Source of the DNA: Acidimicrobiales bacterium
Lineage (GTDB): Bacteria; Actinomycetota; Acidimicrobiia; Acidimicrobiales; SZUA-35
DNA: 58,367 bases
Assembly (NCBI GenBank): GCA_024638805.1
Contig: JAHEJO010000003.1
Span: forward strand, 1 to 58,367
Reading direction: 5' to 3'
Positions 57,524-58,367 of the stretch are shown here, one piece after another. A program made the position numbers and the translations under genes. The notes under the pieces are model-generated. The model did no database searches and was not told the origin of the DNA. It saw only the letters and a program-made list of their open reading frames with translations. The stretch's first letter is position 1; every line of letters starts with the position of its first letter.

Positions 57524-58135
57524 TCACTTGTCGTCGACGGGCTCGAGAGCTGAACGGATGAAGTTCTTCATGTGGTCGAACCGTGCGTCCAACGACGCAT
57601 CGGAAAACGGATCCTCGGTCACGAGCCCCTTCAGCATGGCGTGGTCGGAGAAGTAGGTGAGCAATGCTCCGTAGCCGGTGATCACCAGGTTTTCGGCATC
57701 GTGGCGGCGGAAGACCCCGGCATCCATCTGGCGGTCGAAGAACGCAACGGCTCTACGGAAATACGGTCGGAGCGCCACGCCCAGATTGAAACCCAAGGGG
57801 CTCTGGTCGGTCATCGCTTCTCGTCGAACCATCACGATGATTTCGGGATTGGCGACGAAGAAGCGAAAGCTCGCTTCGACGATCGAGTCGACCAGGTTCC
57901 ACCCGTCCGCGTTCGGGGGGCGGGCCGCTTCGATCTGATCGCCCCAATTGGCGAGCGCATTGGACAGGATCTGCCGGTAGATCGCCTCCTTGGAGTCGAA
58001 GTGATGGAGCAGGCTGGGCCTGCGAATGCCCACGCCGGCGGCGATGTCGTTGAGGGATGTCCCTTCGAATCCCTGGGCGGCAAAACAGTGTCGAGCCTCG
58101 ATCAGGATCTGTTCGCGGGTGGAGAGTTCGGCCAC
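57524..58135 (-). CDS. TetR/AcrR family regulator
   Basis: TREQIL...GFEGTSLNDIAAGVGIRRPSLLHHFDSKE. Confidence 0.93.
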   Translation of the reverse strand: MAELSTREQILIEARHCFAAQGFEGTSLNDIAAGVGIRRPSLLHHFDSKEAIYRQILSNALANWGDQIEAARPPNADGWNLVDSIVEASFRFFVANPEIIVMVRREAMTDQSPLGFNLGVALRPYFRRAVAFFDRQMDAGVFRRHDAENLVITGYGALLTYFSDHAMLKGLVTEDPFSDASLDARFDHMKNFIRSALEPVDDK

Positions 58136-58207
58136 CGGGTCAGGCTATGACCTGGATACGCGCCTGCGCAGGGACCTGGACGACCACATGCGCTAGAACT
58201 GACGGCG

Positions 58208-58367
58208 ATGCGCACACTCTCCGAGCTCGAATCCAAGAAACGCCTGTCTGTCGCAGGGGTTGAGTTCCTCGACGAGCGGAACGTCGATTCACCGATTGCC
58301 GCCGCTGCCGCCGCAGCCGAGCTCGGATATCCCGTGGTCATCAAGCTCAATGGCGAGCGCATCGCCC
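58208..58367 (+). CDS. Acetate--CoA ligase (ADP-forming) ATP-grasp subunit, 5' part only
   Basis: Manual translation MRTLSELESKKRLSVAGV...AAAAAELGYPVVIKLNGERIA. Runs off the window end. Confidence 0.8.
   Translation, partial: MRTLSELESKKRLSVAGVEFLDERNVDSPIAAAAAAAELGYPVVIKLNGERIA

Noticed and set aside
1-58367. tRNA/rRNA genes, prophage, IS elements
   Set aside because: No cloverleaf or rRNA-like sequence, integrase, transposase or terminal inverted repeats were noticed by eye.

Overview
High-GC actinobacterial chromosomal segment. Gene content and style suggest Acidimicrobiia (inference). It holds about 57 mostly housekeeping or metabolic genes: acyl-CoA dehydrogenases, mutY, a split SUF cluster, deoD, F420 genes (fbiC, LLM oxidoreductase), rsgA, a Liv-type ABC transporter, selO, GH65 plus beta-PGM, pyk, mobA, rnd, ClC, tal/tkt and metZ. 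I see no rRNA, tRNA, CRISPR, integrase or transposase. Most interesting observations: (1) a minimal McrB-like GTPase with no N-terminal DNA-binding domain, translationally coupled to an McrC-like partner with no visible nuclease motif, with a perfect palindrome just upstream; (2) a UGSC selenoprotein that the ORF track splits at an in-frame UGA followed by a SECIS-like hairpin, in an operon with a thioredoxin-fold fusion protein; (3) a modular, uniformly oriented intergenic repeat family (5 copies) that flanks rsgA and supplies its Shine-Dalgarno; (4) a small Sm/LSm-like protein beside a hairpin-rich candidate sRNA; (5) widespread leaderless-gene architecture. All calls come from reading motifs by eye; no database searches were run.
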